From: an uncultured Bacteroidia bacterium
GTDB taxonomy: Bacteria; Bacteroidota; Bacteroidia; NS11-12g; UBA955
NCBI GenBank assembly: GCA_938086785.1
Contig: CALKCM010000010.1
Coordinates: 35,741 to 99,740 of the forward strand
Direction of reading: 5' to 3'
DNA: 64,000 nucleotides
In this document: one piece after another, positions 49,900 through 58,916 of the stretch
Layout of the letters: every line of letters begins with the position of its first letter
How positions within the stretch are numbered: the first letter of the stretch is position 1
Made by a program: the position numbers and the translations under genes
The notes under the pieces: generated by a model
What the model saw: the letters and a program-made list of their open reading frames with translations, nothing else
The model's database searches: none
What the model was told of the DNA's origin: nothing

Positions 49900-50433
49900 A
49901 TGAATGTGCAACCCAACTCCTTACTGATTAGTGAACCTTACCTGCAAGATGCAAGTTTTCAAAGATCCGTTATTTGGTTATTGGAGCATAATGAAGAGGG
50001 AAGCATGGGTTTTGTGCTTAATCAGCCTAGTGTGAACGAAATATTTAAAACCATTGAAGAAAAAGAATACTCGGCGCCCATTTTGGAAGGAGGGCCCGTA
50101 GGGCTAGACAATACCTTTGCCATTCATCAAATGGGTCATATTAAAGATGCCCGAATGATAAGTAAAGGCTTTTATATTGGGGGTGATTTTGACACAATTC
50201 TGGCGGCTTTCGTCACCAAACCCACCCAAAACATGTGGGTTATTCAAGGGTATAGCGGATGGTCAGCAGGTCAATTGGAATACGAAATTGATCAAAGAAG
50301 TTGGATTGTATCGCCTTTTAGTGAGAGAGTTTTAAGAACGCCTCATAAACATATGTGGAGTGCAGCCCTTTTGCAACTTGGTCCTGAATATGAGCAGTAC
50401 GTAAATGCTCCCTCAGATATTTCCATGAATTAA
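49900..50433 (+). CDS. YqgE/AlgH-family (UPF0301) protein
   Basis: LLISEPYLQDASFQRSVIWLLEHNEEGSMGFVLN, GGPV, and YSGWSAGQLEYEI are family signatures. Confidence 0.85.
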   Translation: MNVQPNSLLISEPYLQDASFQRSVIWLLEHNEEGSMGFVLNQPSVNEIFKTIEEKEYSAPILEGGPVGLDNTFAIHQMGHIKDARMISKGFYIGGDFDTILAAFVTKPTQNMWVIQGYSGWSAGQLEYEIDQRSWIVSPFSERVLRTPHKHMWSAALLQLGPEYEQYVNAPSDISMN

Positions 50434-50459
50434 ATAGGCATTTAATCAAATTAGCGTTT

Positions 50460-50467
50460 TATATTTG
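50460..50467 (+). promoter_or_regulatory. -7 promoter box (TATATTTG) for tRNA-Arg(ACG)
   Basis: Perfect TAnnTTTG ending 15 nt before the mature tRNA 5' end. Confidence 0.5.
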
Positions 50468-50482
50468 TGCCTCGATTAAATT

Positions 50483-50556
50483 GGACCTGTAGCTCAACTG
50501 GATAGAGTACTTGACTACGGATTAAGAGGTTTGGGGTTCGAATCCCTACAGGTTCA
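50483..50556 (+). tRNA. tRNA-Arg (anticodon ACG)
   Basis: Hand-folded cloverleaf. Acceptor GGACCTG/CAGGTTC with G2:U71. D arm GCTC-AACTGGATA-GAGT. Anticodon arm CTTGA-CTACGGA-TTAAG. Variable loop AGGTT. T arm TGGGG-TTCGAAT-CCCTA. Discriminator A, with no encoded CCA. Confidence 0.9.
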
Positions 50557-50562
50557 CTACTT

Positions 50563-50596
50563 CCCTATGCATCATTGATGTATAGGGATTTTTTTA
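50563..50596 (+). terminator. Rho-independent terminator after tRNA-Arg(ACG)
   Basis: 10-bp stem CCCTATGCAT / ATGTATAGGG (one G:U) with a 5-nt loop, then ATTTTTTT. Confidence 0.7.
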
Positions 50597-50669
50597 AACC
50601 CTATTTTGGATATAGAGGCCCTCCATTTACTTATGTTTTTAAATCATTTGAAATCGATAAAAATGGCAG

Positions 50670-50677
50670 TACCTTTG
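50670..50677 (+). promoter_or_regulatory. -7 promoter box (TACCTTTG) for tRNA-Arg(UCG)
   Basis: Perfect TAnnTTTG ending 14 nt before the tRNA 5' end. Confidence 0.5.
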
Positions 50678-50691
50678 TCTCAATCTTATTT

Positions 50692-50765
50692 GGCTCCGTA
50701 GTTCAACTGAATAGAATTCTGGATTTCGGCTCCAGCGGTTACAGGTTTGAATCCTGTCGGAGTCA
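50692..50765 (+). tRNA. tRNA-Arg (anticodon UCG) with atypical D-loop/T-loop (A19, U56)
   Basis: Hand-folded cloverleaf. Acceptor GGCTCCG/CGGAGTC with G2:U71. D arm GTTC-AACTGAATA-GAAT. Anticodon arm CTGGA-TTTCGGC-TCCAG. Variable loop CGGTT. T arm ACAGG-TTTGAAT-CCTGT. Discriminator A. Confidence 0.8.
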
Positions 50766-50769
50766 CTAA

Positions 50770-50812
50770 AGCAGAGAATTTGTTGATATCAACTGATTCT
50801 CTGCTCTTTTTG
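50770..50812 (+). terminator. Rho-independent terminator after tRNA-Arg(UCG)
   Basis: 10-bp perfect stem AGCAGAGAAT / ATTCTCTGCT with a 16-nt loop, then CTTTTTG. Confidence 0.65.
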
Positions 50813-51217
50813 ATAAAACCATCGAGATTGAACAGTTTGAGGAAGATATAAAATTTTGCAGCTTTTAGTTTTTGATTGAAAGAATTTAAGAAAACTTGTA
50901 GTTAGGAGTTTGATGCCTAATGGAAGGGCTTCTAATCTCAAGCCATTTAGTGTTTAGATAAAATTACATCGATATCTCTAGTTATTGTTTTTTAAACAGT
51001 AGAAAATCACTACTCAGAAACAGTATATTAAAAGATAAAAATAAAACCCGAATTATAATTATTTCACATCATTGCTTAAAAACTGACCGACATGCTTTTA
51101 TTGAATACTAAGGCCAAATACAAGAACCCTAAATAGTGGAAATATACACCCTCAGAAACATATCACTGAGCCTTAAAACCAATGCACACCTAATTGGTTA
51201 TTTTAACATAGAAAAAT

Positions 51218-51694
51218 ATGAATTTTCACTCTTTAGATATCAAGAAGCCCAACGGCGAAATAATCAAAATGGCTGATTACAAGGGCAAAGTAGTTTTGAT
51301 CGTAAATACAGCAACAAAATGTGGCCTAACACCCCAATTTAAGGATTTGGAAGCCTTGCATCAGAAGTATAAAGACCGCGGTCTAGTTATTCTGGGGATG
51401 CCTTGCAATCAATTTTTAGGTCAAGAACCCCTAAAAAATGAGAACATGGAGGAAATGTGTTTGAAAAACCATGGAATTACCTTTCAACTCACTCAAAAAA
51501 TTGATGTCAATGGATTCAACACCCACCCCGTTTTTAAATTTTTAAAATCTAAATTATCAGGAACACTTATGAAAAGAATTAAGTGGAATTTTGAAAAATT
51601 TCTAATTAATGCAGAGGGAATTCCAATTAAACGATATGCTCCACGCACCCTCCCCTTAGAAATGGAAAAAGACATTTTAGCATTATTAAATTAA
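51218..51694 (+). CDS. Glutathione peroxidase-family thiol peroxidase (Cys type)
   Basis: VVLIVNTATKCGLTPQF, LGMPCNQF and WNFEKFLI signatures. The active-site codon is TGT (Cys). Confidence 0.9.
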   Translation: MNFHSLDIKKPNGEIIKMADYKGKVVLIVNTATKCGLTPQFKDLEALHQKYKDRGLVILGMPCNQFLGQEPLKNENMEEMCLKNHGITFQLTQKIDVNGFNTHPVFKFLKSKLSGTLMKRIKWNFEKFLINAEGIPIKRYAPRTLPLEMEKDILALLN

Positions 51695-51947
51695 ATTAAA
51701 TTTGTCATATTTGTGTCACCTAATATAGAATGGCTTACATTTTGTATTGATTAAGGCAATAACAAGGCTGTTTAAATTTATCCTTAAATTCTTGTTGTAT
51801 CCCTTTTAAAAAGTGAAAAAATCGCTTTTCAAAGGAAAAAAAATGGTTCTACGCACATTTACCACAGAGAAATCTAGGTAGTAGACAAAATAATATAAAT
51901 GTTTTTTTCGTATATGTGGGCTGGTTTGAAGGAACCCAGCCTGCATT

Positions 51948-52529
51948 TTATTGTTGATGCATTTTCTGCAAGTATTTTCCCAAAATATCAAATTCAATGT
52001 TGACTTCATCACCCACCGACAATGCCTTTAAATTGGTATGTTCCCAGGTGTAAGGGATTATCGATACGGAGAAGGAATCTTGAGTGGATACGACAACCGT
52101 TAAACTAATTCCATTGATGCAGATACTTCCTTTTTCAACGGTAATTCCAGCCTTTGGATTGTGCGTAAAATGCAAATCCCAGCTCCCATTCTTATTCTCT
52201 AATTTACTGAGCCTAGCAACGGAGTCTACATGCCCTTGAACAATGTGCCCATCAAAACGGCCATCGGCCGGCATACAGCGTTCAATATTTACAGCATTTC
52301 CCCTTTGCCAAGCGTTTAAATTAGTGCGATTTAATGTTTCTTGAATGGCCACCACTTCATACGATGTTTGATTCAATTTTTCTACAGTTAAGCAAACCCC
52401 ATTATGCGCTATACTTTGGTCAACCTTTAGCTCTGCTAAAAAGGGTATTTCCAATGTAAATCGCTTATTACTCCCCTCTGGCTTTATTTCTAAAACCTTG
52501 GCCAATGTTTCTATAATACCTGTAAACAT
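51948..52529 (-). CDS. ribE: Riboflavin synthase (alpha chain)
   Basis: MFTGIIETLAKV start. Two lumazine-binding repeats are present (QSIAHNGVCLTV and GSICINGISLTV). The ATG at 52529 is preferred over the tracked upstream extension. Confidence 0.9.
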   Translation of the reverse strand: MFTGIIETLAKVLEIKPEGSNKRFTLEIPFLAELKVDQSIAHNGVCLTVEKLNQTSYEVVAIQETLNRTNLNAWQRGNAVNIERCMPADGRFDGHIVQGHVDSVARLSKLENKNGSWDLHFTHNPKAGITVEKGSICINGISLTVVVSTQDSFSVSIIPYTWEHTNLKALSVGDEVNIEFDILGKYLQKMHQQ

Positions 52530-52574
52530 GAAACAAAAATAGGCAAAAACCCCATGAGAATGAGGGAGAATAAA

Positions 52575-52593
52575 TAGTGACAAGCTGTCACTA
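52575..52593. promoter_or_regulatory. Perfect 19-bp palindrome upstream of grpE-dnaJ (candidate operator or leader hairpin)
   Basis: TAGTGACA-AGC-TGTCACTA: 8-bp arms with a 3-nt spacer, 39 nt upstream of the grpE ATG. Confidence 0.35.
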
Positions 52594-52631
52594 ATACCTA
52601 CATTGGCAACATAATTGATATTCTTGATTTG

Positions 52632-53198
52632 ATGCAGTCAGAAGAAAATTTGGAAGAGCAAAAATCAAAAGATTCAATAAAAGAAACAGATGATACTCAG
52701 GCAACGGAGAGCCCAGAGGCTAAAGAAGTAAAAGAAGAAGAATCAGTAGAGGAAAAGGAACCGAAGGACCTGTTGCAAGAAGAGAAAGACCGCTACATGC
52801 GTTTGTATAGTGAGTTTGATAATTATAAGCGACGAACTGCAAAAGAGCGCTTGGAATTTGCATCCCTGGCGAATAAGGGAATGATGGAGGCATTATTGCC
52901 CATTATAGACGATTTTGATAGAGCTATGGCAGCCACTACCGAAAATCTCACAGACGAAGGGAAAAAAATAATGGAGGGCATGGAACTCATCCATAAAAAA
53001 ATGATCGCAATGCTTACTTCAAAAGGCTTAAAACCTATGGAAGCGAAAGGGAAAGATTTTGATGTAGAGTTTCACGAAGCTATAACCAAAATAAAAGCAG
53101 AGAAAAAGATGAAAGGGAAAGTCGTAGATGTAACCGAAAAGGGATATTTATTAAACGAAACCATTCTTCGTTACGCCAAAGTTGTTGTAGGAGAATAA
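52632..53198 (+). CDS. grpE: Nucleotide exchange factor GrpE
   Basis: Acidic N-terminus, coiled coil ([20 protein letters not shown]), and a C-terminal beta domain (HEAI...[23 protein letters not shown]). Confidence 0.92.
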   Translation: MQSEENLEEQKSKDSIKETDDTQATESPEAKEVKEEESVEEKEPKDLLQEEKDRYMRLYSEFDNYKRRTAKERLEFASLANKGMMEALLPIIDDFDRAMAATTENLTDEGKKIMEGMELIHKKMIAMLTSKGLKPMEAKGKDFDVEFHEAITKIKAEKKMKGKVVDVTEKGYLLNETILRYAKVVVGE

Positions 53199-53202
53199 AC
53201 GG

Positions 53203-54324
53203 ATGAGCAAGAGAGATTATTACGACGTATTAGGTGTAAGTAAAGGGGCCTCACCAGAAGAATTAAAAAAAGCATATCGAAAATTAGCGATAAAATATCA
53301 TCCAGATAAAAATCCAGATGATAAAGAAGCAGAAGAAAAATTTAAAGAAGCTGCAGAAGCCTATGATGTATTAAACAATCCAGAGAAACGCCAGCAATAC
53401 GATCAATTCGGGCACAATGCACCCGGTGGATTTGGTGGTGGAGGAGCCGGCGGCTTCAGCATGGAAGATATTTTTAGTCAATTTGGAGATGTATTTGGAG
53501 ACAATGATTTCTTTGGATCCTTTTTTGGCGGTGGAGGCGGCGGCGGAAGAGGCCGTGCCAGCAATCAAAGAAGTGGAAATAGCATTCGCATACGATTAAA
53601 ACTAAGCCTCAGCGAAATGAAAAATGGCGTTGAGAAAAAAGTAAAATACCGGCGAATGGTGGAGGCTGAAGGAGTAAAATATTCCGAATGTAAAATGTGT
53701 AAAGGCTCTGGAACTATTCGTAGGGTACAAAACACATTCCTTGGCCAAATGGCAACTTCTGCCGCATGTAACGTTTGCGGTGGGATGGGGAGAAATATCA
53801 GCTCAAAACCAAGAGAAGCAAATGACCAAGGCCTTGTTGCACAAGATTTTGAGACCACCGTTAAAATACCTGGTGGAGTAGCCGATGGGATGCAATTGAG
53901 TATTAATGGTCTAGGATCATATGGCCCTGCAGGTGGACAACCTGGAGACCTTATTGTACTAGTGGAAGAAATAGAACATGAAGACTTGCACAGAGATGAG
54001 AGCAATGTCATCTATCAATTGTGGTTGAGTTTTCCAGAAGCCGCTTTGGGTTCTGATGTTGAAGTTCCTACCCTTGACGGGAAAGCAAAATTAAAAATTG
54101 TAGCCGGCACTCAGCCCGGAAAAGTTCTTCGCCTAAAAGGCAAAGGATTTCCAAACTTAAATGGGTACGGACAAGGAGATCAATTAATACATATTCAAGT
54201 GTATGTTCCAACCAAACTCAGCAGCGATGAAAAAGAAACCTTGCTGGGATTACAAGAAAGCAAAAATTTTACTCCTGATTCAAAAGACAAGACATTTTTT
54301 GATAAAATGAAAGATTTATTCTAG
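53203..54324 (+). CDS. dnaJ: Molecular chaperone DnaJ (single zinc-centre variant)
   Basis: J domain (DYYDVLGV...KYHPDKN) and a G/F region. Only two CxxCxGxG motifs are present ([16 protein letters not shown]). The C-terminal substrate-binding domains are conserved. Confidence 0.93.
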   Translation: MSKRDYYDVLGVSKGASPEELKKAYRKLAIKYHPDKNPDDKEAEEKFKEAAEAYDVLNNPEKRQQYDQFGHNAPGGFGGGGAGGFSMEDIFSQFGDVFGDNDFFGSFFGGGGGGGRGRASNQRSGNSIRIRLKLSLSEMKNGVEKKVKYRRMVEAEGVKYSECKMCKGSGTIRRVQNTFLGQMATSAACNVCGGMGRNISSKPREANDQGLVAQDFETTVKIPGGVADGMQLSINGLGSYGPAGGQPGDLIVLVEEIEHEDLHRDESNVIYQLWLSFPEAALGSDVEVPTLDGKAKLKIVAGTQPGKVLRLKGKGFPNLNGYGQGDQLIHIQVYVPTKLSSDEKETLLGLQESKNFTPDSKDKTFFDKMKDLF

Positions 54325-54346
54325 TTCGCAGAAACGAACAACACAT

Positions 54347-54381
54347 AAAAAAAAGCCCAGATTATAATCTGGGCTTTTTTT
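54347..54381. terminator. Bidirectional rho-independent terminator between convergent dnaJ and icd
   Basis: A8-GCCCAGA-TTATAA-TCTGGGC-T7, a symmetric A/T-flanked hairpin. Confidence 0.8.
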
Positions 54382-54406
54382 ATATCCTTAAAATTGATTG
54401 GAGGAA

Positions 54407-55636
54407 TTATCCAACAATTCTATTTTTCAATTCTAAGTTAAGAGCTTCTAAAAAGTCCTCCGTGTTTAAGTAATGAGATTCATTTAAATCTTTACCATGT
54501 ATACAAAGCGCCAAATCTTTTGTCATTTTTCCGCTTTCTACAACATCCACACATACCTGCTCCAAGGTTGAACAAAAATCAATCAATTCTTGATTTCCAT
54601 CAAACTCACCTCGGTAAGATAAGCCTCTTGTCCATGCAAATATGGATGCAATTGGATTAGTGCTTGTTTTCTTTCCTGCTTGATGCTGACGGTAGTGTCG
54701 AGTTACCGTACCATGCGCTGCCTCAGCTTCCACTGTTTTACCATCTGGAGTAGCGAGAACACTGGTCATTAATCCAAGAGATCCAAACCCTTGCGCTACC
54801 GTATCGGATTGCACGTCACCATCATAGTTTTTACAGGCCCAAACAAAAGCACCATTCCACTTTAGAGCAGCAGCTACCATATCATCAATTAAACGATGCT
54901 CGTAAGAAATACCTGCATCTGCAAACTTTGTTTTAAACTCTGCTTCAAATACTTCTTGAAAGATGTCCTTAAAACGTCCGTCATATGCTTTTAAAATGGT
55001 GTTTTTTGTACTTAAGTATAAAGGCCATCCTTTCGATAAAGCCATATTCATGCAACTTCTTGCAAAACCATAAATGCTTTCGTCTGTATTATACATACTC
55101 ATAGCAACACCACCTTTTCCTTCAAAATCAAATACTTCGTATGTTTCTGATTTACCATCGGAATGCGTGAGTGTCATGGTCAATTTAGCTCCATCTTTTA
55201 CCACTACATCTGTAGCTTTATACTGATCGCCAAAAGCATGACGTCCAATAGTGATAGGATGTGTCCAGTTGGGCACTAGGCGAGGAACATTTTTGCACAC
55301 AATAGGCTCTCTAAAAACAGTACCGCCCACTATGTTACGAATTGTTCCATTCGGGCTACGCCACATTTTCTTTAAGTCAAACTCAACTACTCGGTCCTCA
55401 TCAGGAGTAATGGTCGCACATTTTATTCCAACTCCGTACTTTTTAATAGCTTCTGCAGCATCCACCGTGATCTGGTCATCGGTGTTATCTCTGCTTTTCA
55501 TGCCCAAATCATAATATTTGATATCCAAGTCTAAGTAAGGAAGAATTAATTTATCCTTAATAAAACTCCAAATTATTCGGGTCATTTCATCCCCATCCAA
55601 TTCTACGACAGGGTTGGCTACTTTTATTTTTGACAT
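54407..55636 (-). CDS. icd: NADP-dependent isocitrate dehydrogenase, eukaryote-like (IDH1/2-type) homodimeric form
   Basis: [44 protein letters not shown] and [10 protein letters not shown] are near-identical to my recollection of human IDH1. Confidence 0.93.
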   Translation of the reverse strand: MSKIKVANPVVELDGDEMTRIIWSFIKDKLILPYLDLDIKYYDLGMKSRDNTDDQITVDAAEAIKKYGVGIKCATITPDEDRVVEFDLKKMWRSPNGTIRNIVGGTVFREPIVCKNVPRLVPNWTHPITIGRHAFGDQYKATDVVVKDGAKLTMTLTHSDGKSETYEVFDFEGKGGVAMSMYNTDESIYGFARSCMNMALSKGWPLYLSTKNTILKAYDGRFKDIFQEVFEAEFKTKFADAGISYEHRLIDDMVAAALKWNGAFVWACKNYDGDVQSDTVAQGFGSLGLMTSVLATPDGKTVEAEAAHGTVTRHYRQHQAGKKTSTNPIASIFAWTRGLSYRGEFDGNQELIDFCSTLEQVCVDVVESGKMTKDLALCIHGKDLNESHYLNTEDFLEALNLELKNRIVG

Positions 55637-55735
55637 GGTGCAAAATTACAATTTACCTGTGACATTTAATACTTGATTTGAGAATCAATTTAAAAATAAT
55701 AGGGAATTTAAAATTTGACTGAGTATTCTTTGGTT

Positions 55736-56959
55736 TTACTCGTATCTCAAAGAATCAATCGGATCAAGCTTTGCAGCTTTATTGGCCGGATATAGCCCAC
55801 TAGCTAAACCTACAATGGTGCAAATAACAACCGCTAAAAGCATCCAATTCCAGGGAATTACAAAAGGAGACCCTAAAGCAAGAGCTACCCCATTTCCTAC
55901 CAGTATTCCCAAAATAATTCCACCTATCCCACCGATTTGGCAAATAATTACCGCTTCTGCCAAAAATTGATTCCTGATATTCTTTTTACGCGCGCCAATG
56001 GCCTTTCGCAATCCAATCTCTCGAGTTCTTTCGGTAACAGACACGAGCATAATATTCATTAAACCAATGGCAGCTCCAAGCAAAGTAATGGCACTAATAA
56101 TAGATCCAAGTGTCGTTACCATACTAAGGTTATCTATGGCTTTTTTAACCACCGACTCTCCACTTGTAATGCTAAAATCTTCTTCTTCATGAGCCTTAAT
56201 TCGTCTAATTTGACGCATGTAGAGAGCGGCTTCTACCATAGAATTCTCTAACTTCTCCTCGTCCTTAACGGAAACATTAATGGTATAATTTGAACTCCGT
56301 TCATTAAAATTCTGCCTTCCAAAACCCGTTGGAATAAGGACCAGTCGATCCCCTCCGTTCATGCCCATAGAACTCCCTCTCGCTTTTAATTCCCCAATCA
56401 CTGTAACGCGTTTTCCATTGATAGATACTTGCTTACCCAGCCCACTGCCCTCGCCAAATAGTTTGAATCGAACATCTCTTCCAATAATAGCCACGGGCTG
56501 AGCCGCCTGTTCATCAAGCTGAGAAAAGTTACGACCTACATCCATCTCCAATCCGGTGAGAAGGTAATTTGCATCGCAGGCCGTTACCACAACATTTGGA
56601 TCTGTAGATTCCGATGCATATTGAACCTTAGAGGTAAAACTTACATTCTGAGAGATTGATATGCGATCACAGTTCTTAAAATTATCCTTAAACCACTTGG
56701 CTTGTTGGTATTTAATTTCTGGGAAATATCGTCGAGCCTCACCCATTCTGCGAAGGCCCGAAGTATTTCGGATGGTAAAGGTTTGTGACCCCAATTTATT
56801 AAAAGTTTTACTTACGGCACCTTCCAATGCGTCTACTGAGGTTAAAATTCCCACCAATGCAGTAATTCCAAGCAGAATAATTGTACTGGTAATCACCGTA
56901 CGGGTCTTATTCATTTTCACTGCTTGTAATCCTTCGCTAATTTGTTCTTTAAAGGTCAT
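55736..56959 (-). CDS. ABC transporter permease, FtsX/MacB-like (no adjacent ATPase)
   Basis: N-terminal TM helix ([19 protein letters not shown]), a large periplasmic domain, and a C-terminal FtsX domain ([14 protein letters not shown]...). The ATG at 56959 is preferred over the TTG at 56974. Confidence 0.8.
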   Translation of the reverse strand: MTFKEQISEGLQAVKMNKTRTVITSTIILLGITALVGILTSVDALEGAVSKTFNKLGSQTFTIRNTSGLRRMGEARRYFPEIKYQQAKWFKDNFKNCDRISISQNVSFTSKVQYASESTDPNVVVTACDANYLLTGLEMDVGRNFSQLDEQAAQPVAIIGRDVRFKLFGEGSGLGKQVSINGKRVTVIGELKARGSSMGMNGGDRLVLIPTGFGRQNFNERSSNYTINVSVKDEEKLENSMVEAALYMRQIRRIKAHEEEDFSITSGESVVKKAIDNLSMVTTLGSIISAITLLGAAIGLMNIMLVSVTERTREIGLRKAIGARKKNIRNQFLAEAVIICQIGGIGGIILGILVGNGVALALGSPFVIPWNWMLLAVVICTIVGLASGLYPANKAAKLDPIDSLRYE

Positions 56960-57117
56960 GGAATTAGAATGCAAATAAACGCATTATTCCCAATGGGCCC
57001 GATTCTTTCTATGAACAACTCAATTGTCTCGTTTTTATTCCTTCATCAAGCCATCCACCAATTTTAGAACGTCAGAATCAAATCAAAAATGCAAATAAAT
57101 TAACCTAATATTGCAAG

Positions 57118-57528
57118 GTGGGAAGAGTACTAGCAATAGATTGGGGCGGAAGAAGAACAGGCTTAGCGGTTACAGACCCTTTGAGAATAAGTTGCAACCC
57201 CTTGCCTACTATTCCTACAAACACATTACAGGATTGGCTAAAAAAATATACCCAAATGGAGGTAGTGGATGAAATTGTGGTAGGAATGGCCCTTCGGTTA
57301 AATGGAGAGGATACCCACTCTACCGCGCCTATAACGGCCTTTATTGAAAAACTAAAAACGGACTTTACAATACCTGTATTTACAGTAGATGAGCGACTCT
57401 CTAGCAAAGAAGCAAAGTATTACATTCAAAATTCTGGATTAAAGAAAAGTAAAAGAAAAGAGAAGGGATTGGTGGATTCTGTAAGTGCTACTATAATTTT
57501 GCAGACACATTTAAACATGCTCTTATGA
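57118..57528 (+). CDS. ruvX: Putative pre-16S rRNA nuclease / Holliday junction resolvase-like YqgF
   Basis: RVLAIDWGGRRTGLAVTD, VVGMALRLNGE, DERLSS and DSVSATIILQ. GTG start. Confidence 0.88.
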   Translation: MGRVLAIDWGGRRTGLAVTDPLRISCNPLPTIPTNTLQDWLKKYTQMEVVDEIVVGMALRLNGEDTHSTAPITAFIEKLKTDFTIPVFTVDERLSSKEAKYYIQNSGLKKSKRKEKGLVDSVSATIILQTHLNMLL

Positions 57529-58073
57529 TATTCCCCATTGTTGCATACGGCAGCGCAATTTTGCGCAAGAAAACTAAAGAAATCGAAGAAAACTCAGACG
57601 AACTTCAAGAACTCCTGGTAAATATGTTCGAAACCATGGAGGGATCTAATGGCATTGGTCTGGCTGCTCCTCAAATAGGTAAAGACCTACGTTTATTTAT
57701 TGTGGACGCCAATGGAATAGAAGAACCGGGTTGTGAAGGGTTTAGAAAAGTATTTATTAATGCTCAAATTACAGAAGAGACTGGAAACCCATGGAATTTT
57801 GAAGAAGGCTGTTTAAGCATACCGCATGTTCGTGGCGATGTAATGCGTAAACCCGATGTAACCATAAGATACAGAGATGAGAACTGGGTGGAGCATACTG
57901 AAACCTTTACAGGAATGCCTGCTCGTATTATTCAACATGAATACGATCACATTGAAGGCATACTTTTTGTTGATCGCTTACATGCTTTAAAGAGAACCAT
58001 GCTCAAAGGAAAATTGCAAAAAATATCCAACGGTAATATTAGAACCGACTATAAAATGAAATTCCCTAAATGA
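57525..58073 (+). CDS. def: Peptide deformylase
   Basis: GIGLAAPQIG, EGCLSIP and QHEYDHIEG motifs. Confidence 0.95.
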   Translation: MIFPIVAYGSAILRKKTKEIEENSDELQELLVNMFETMEGSNGIGLAAPQIGKDLRLFIVDANGIEEPGCEGFRKVFINAQITEETGNPWNFEEGCLSIPHVRGDVMRKPDVTIRYRDENWVEHTETFTGMPARIIQHEYDHIEGILFVDRLHALKRTMLKGKLQKISNGNIRTDYKMKFPK

Positions 58074-58915
58074 TAAAATATGTGCCATATTATATCAGGT
58101 TAATACGGCCTGTGAATTTATGCATCATTTTTTTCACCCAGCTTATTTTCGTCCTAAAAGCAACCGATTATCAAATCTCTTCTATTATTCTTCCAGACTT
58201 TTTTCTCATTGTAGGCTCTATTATTTTTACTACAGCCGCAGGATATGTTGTAAATGACCTCTTTGATATTGAAATTGATAAAATTAATAAACCCTTAAAG
58301 CAATTCATCCCTAAACCCATCAGTTTTAAGGCAGCCAAGATATTCTACTTCGCTTTAGTTATCCTTGGCTTAATTACAGCTTTCCTCTTCGGAAAAAGCT
58401 TTTTTGCCATGGTTTTATCCGTTAATATACTGCTATATTTCTACTCGCAAGATCTTAAAAAATCGGTTCTGTTTGGAAATCTTTTGGTATCCTTTTTATC
58501 AGGAATGGTGGTCTTTACCACTACCTATGCTTGTTTTAATAATACCAATACCTTTTACGCGCTTTATAGTTTATTGGCATTTTTTATGACCATGTCCCGA
58601 GAGATCGTAAAAGATGTGCAAGACATGGAAGGCGATCAGGCTCATGGAGCCAAAACTCTTCCTATTGTTTATGGAGTAAGAGCAAGCAAATGGGCTGCAA
58701 GTATTTGCAGTACATTACTTGCAATGACCCTCCTTTTTATCGCCTTTAAAACAAATAAAACACCCTATTGGTTGAGCATTGGAGCGCTCATGGGCTGGTT
58801 TACATTTGCGATACAGCAACTATGGCTAGCTACTAAATCTTCGGATTACGGAAGAGTTAGCTTATTATTAAAAATAGGAATTTTTGCAGGAGTCTCCTCC
58901 GTACTTTTGGTATAA
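58070..58915 (+). CDS. UbiA-family prenyltransferase, digeranylgeranylglyceryl-phosphate synthase (DGGGPS)-like
   Basis: NDLFDIEIDKINKP (first Asp-rich motif) and KDVQDMEGDQAHGAKTLPIVYG (second). About 8 TM segments. Confidence 0.7.
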   Translation: MIKYVPYYIRLIRPVNLCIIFFTQLIFVLKATDYQISSIILPDFFLIVGSIIFTTAAGYVVNDLFDIEIDKINKPLKQFIPKPISFKAAKIFYFALVILGLITAFLFGKSFFAMVLSVNILLYFYSQDLKKSVLFGNLLVSFLSGMVVFTTTYACFNNTNTFYALYSLLAFFMTMSREIVKDVQDMEGDQAHGAKTLPIVYGVRASKWAASICSTLLAMTLLFIAFKTNKTPYWLSIGALMGWFTFAIQQLWLATKSSDYGRVSLLLKIGIFAGVSSVLLV

Positions 58916-58916
58916 A

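Noticed and set aside
50575-50769. 64-aa ORF in the track (MMYRDFF...)
   Set aside because: It spans the terminator of tRNA-Arg(ACG), the next promoter and the whole of tRNA-Arg(UCG). Its 3' half is simply the tRNA read as protein, so it is spurious.
50813-51217. 405-bp non-coding, AT-rich stretch downstream of the tRNA pair, considered as a remnant of an integrated element or an sRNA locus
   Set aside because: I saw no integrase, no direct repeat of the tRNA 3' end, no ORF of 60 aa or more, and no convincing promoter-plus-terminator pair. I cannot support any call beyond a long intergenic region.
51320-51322. Possible selenocysteine (TGA) codon in the glutathione peroxidase active site
   Set aside because: The codon is TGT (Cys) and the ORF is uninterrupted. 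No SECIS-like hairpin is needed or seen.
51911-51945. Hairpin GGCTGGTT-TGAAGG-AACCCAGCC just beyond the ribE stop
   Set aside because: The stem is short and bulged, and there is no T-tract in the ribE (minus) direction, so it is not a convincing intrinsic terminator.
52530-52628. Looked for an FMN (RFN) riboswitch upstream of ribE, and likewise upstream of ribD at about 5377-5432
   Set aside because: Both upstream regions are under 100 nt and lack the conserved FMN-aptamer core. No riboswitch can be supported.
53371-54011. Antisense and alternative-frame ORFs within dnaJ, and GGC-rich repeats at about 53430-53560
   Set aside because: The GGN runs encode the DnaJ G/F-rich linker. The overlapping ORFs are by-products of that composition.
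55637-55660. TAATTTTG -7-like box only 3 nt upstream of the icd ATG (minus strand)
   Set aside because: The spacing would place the transcription start inside the coding sequence. It is either coincidental in AT-rich DNA or implies a leaderless mRNA, and I cannot distinguish these without TSS data.
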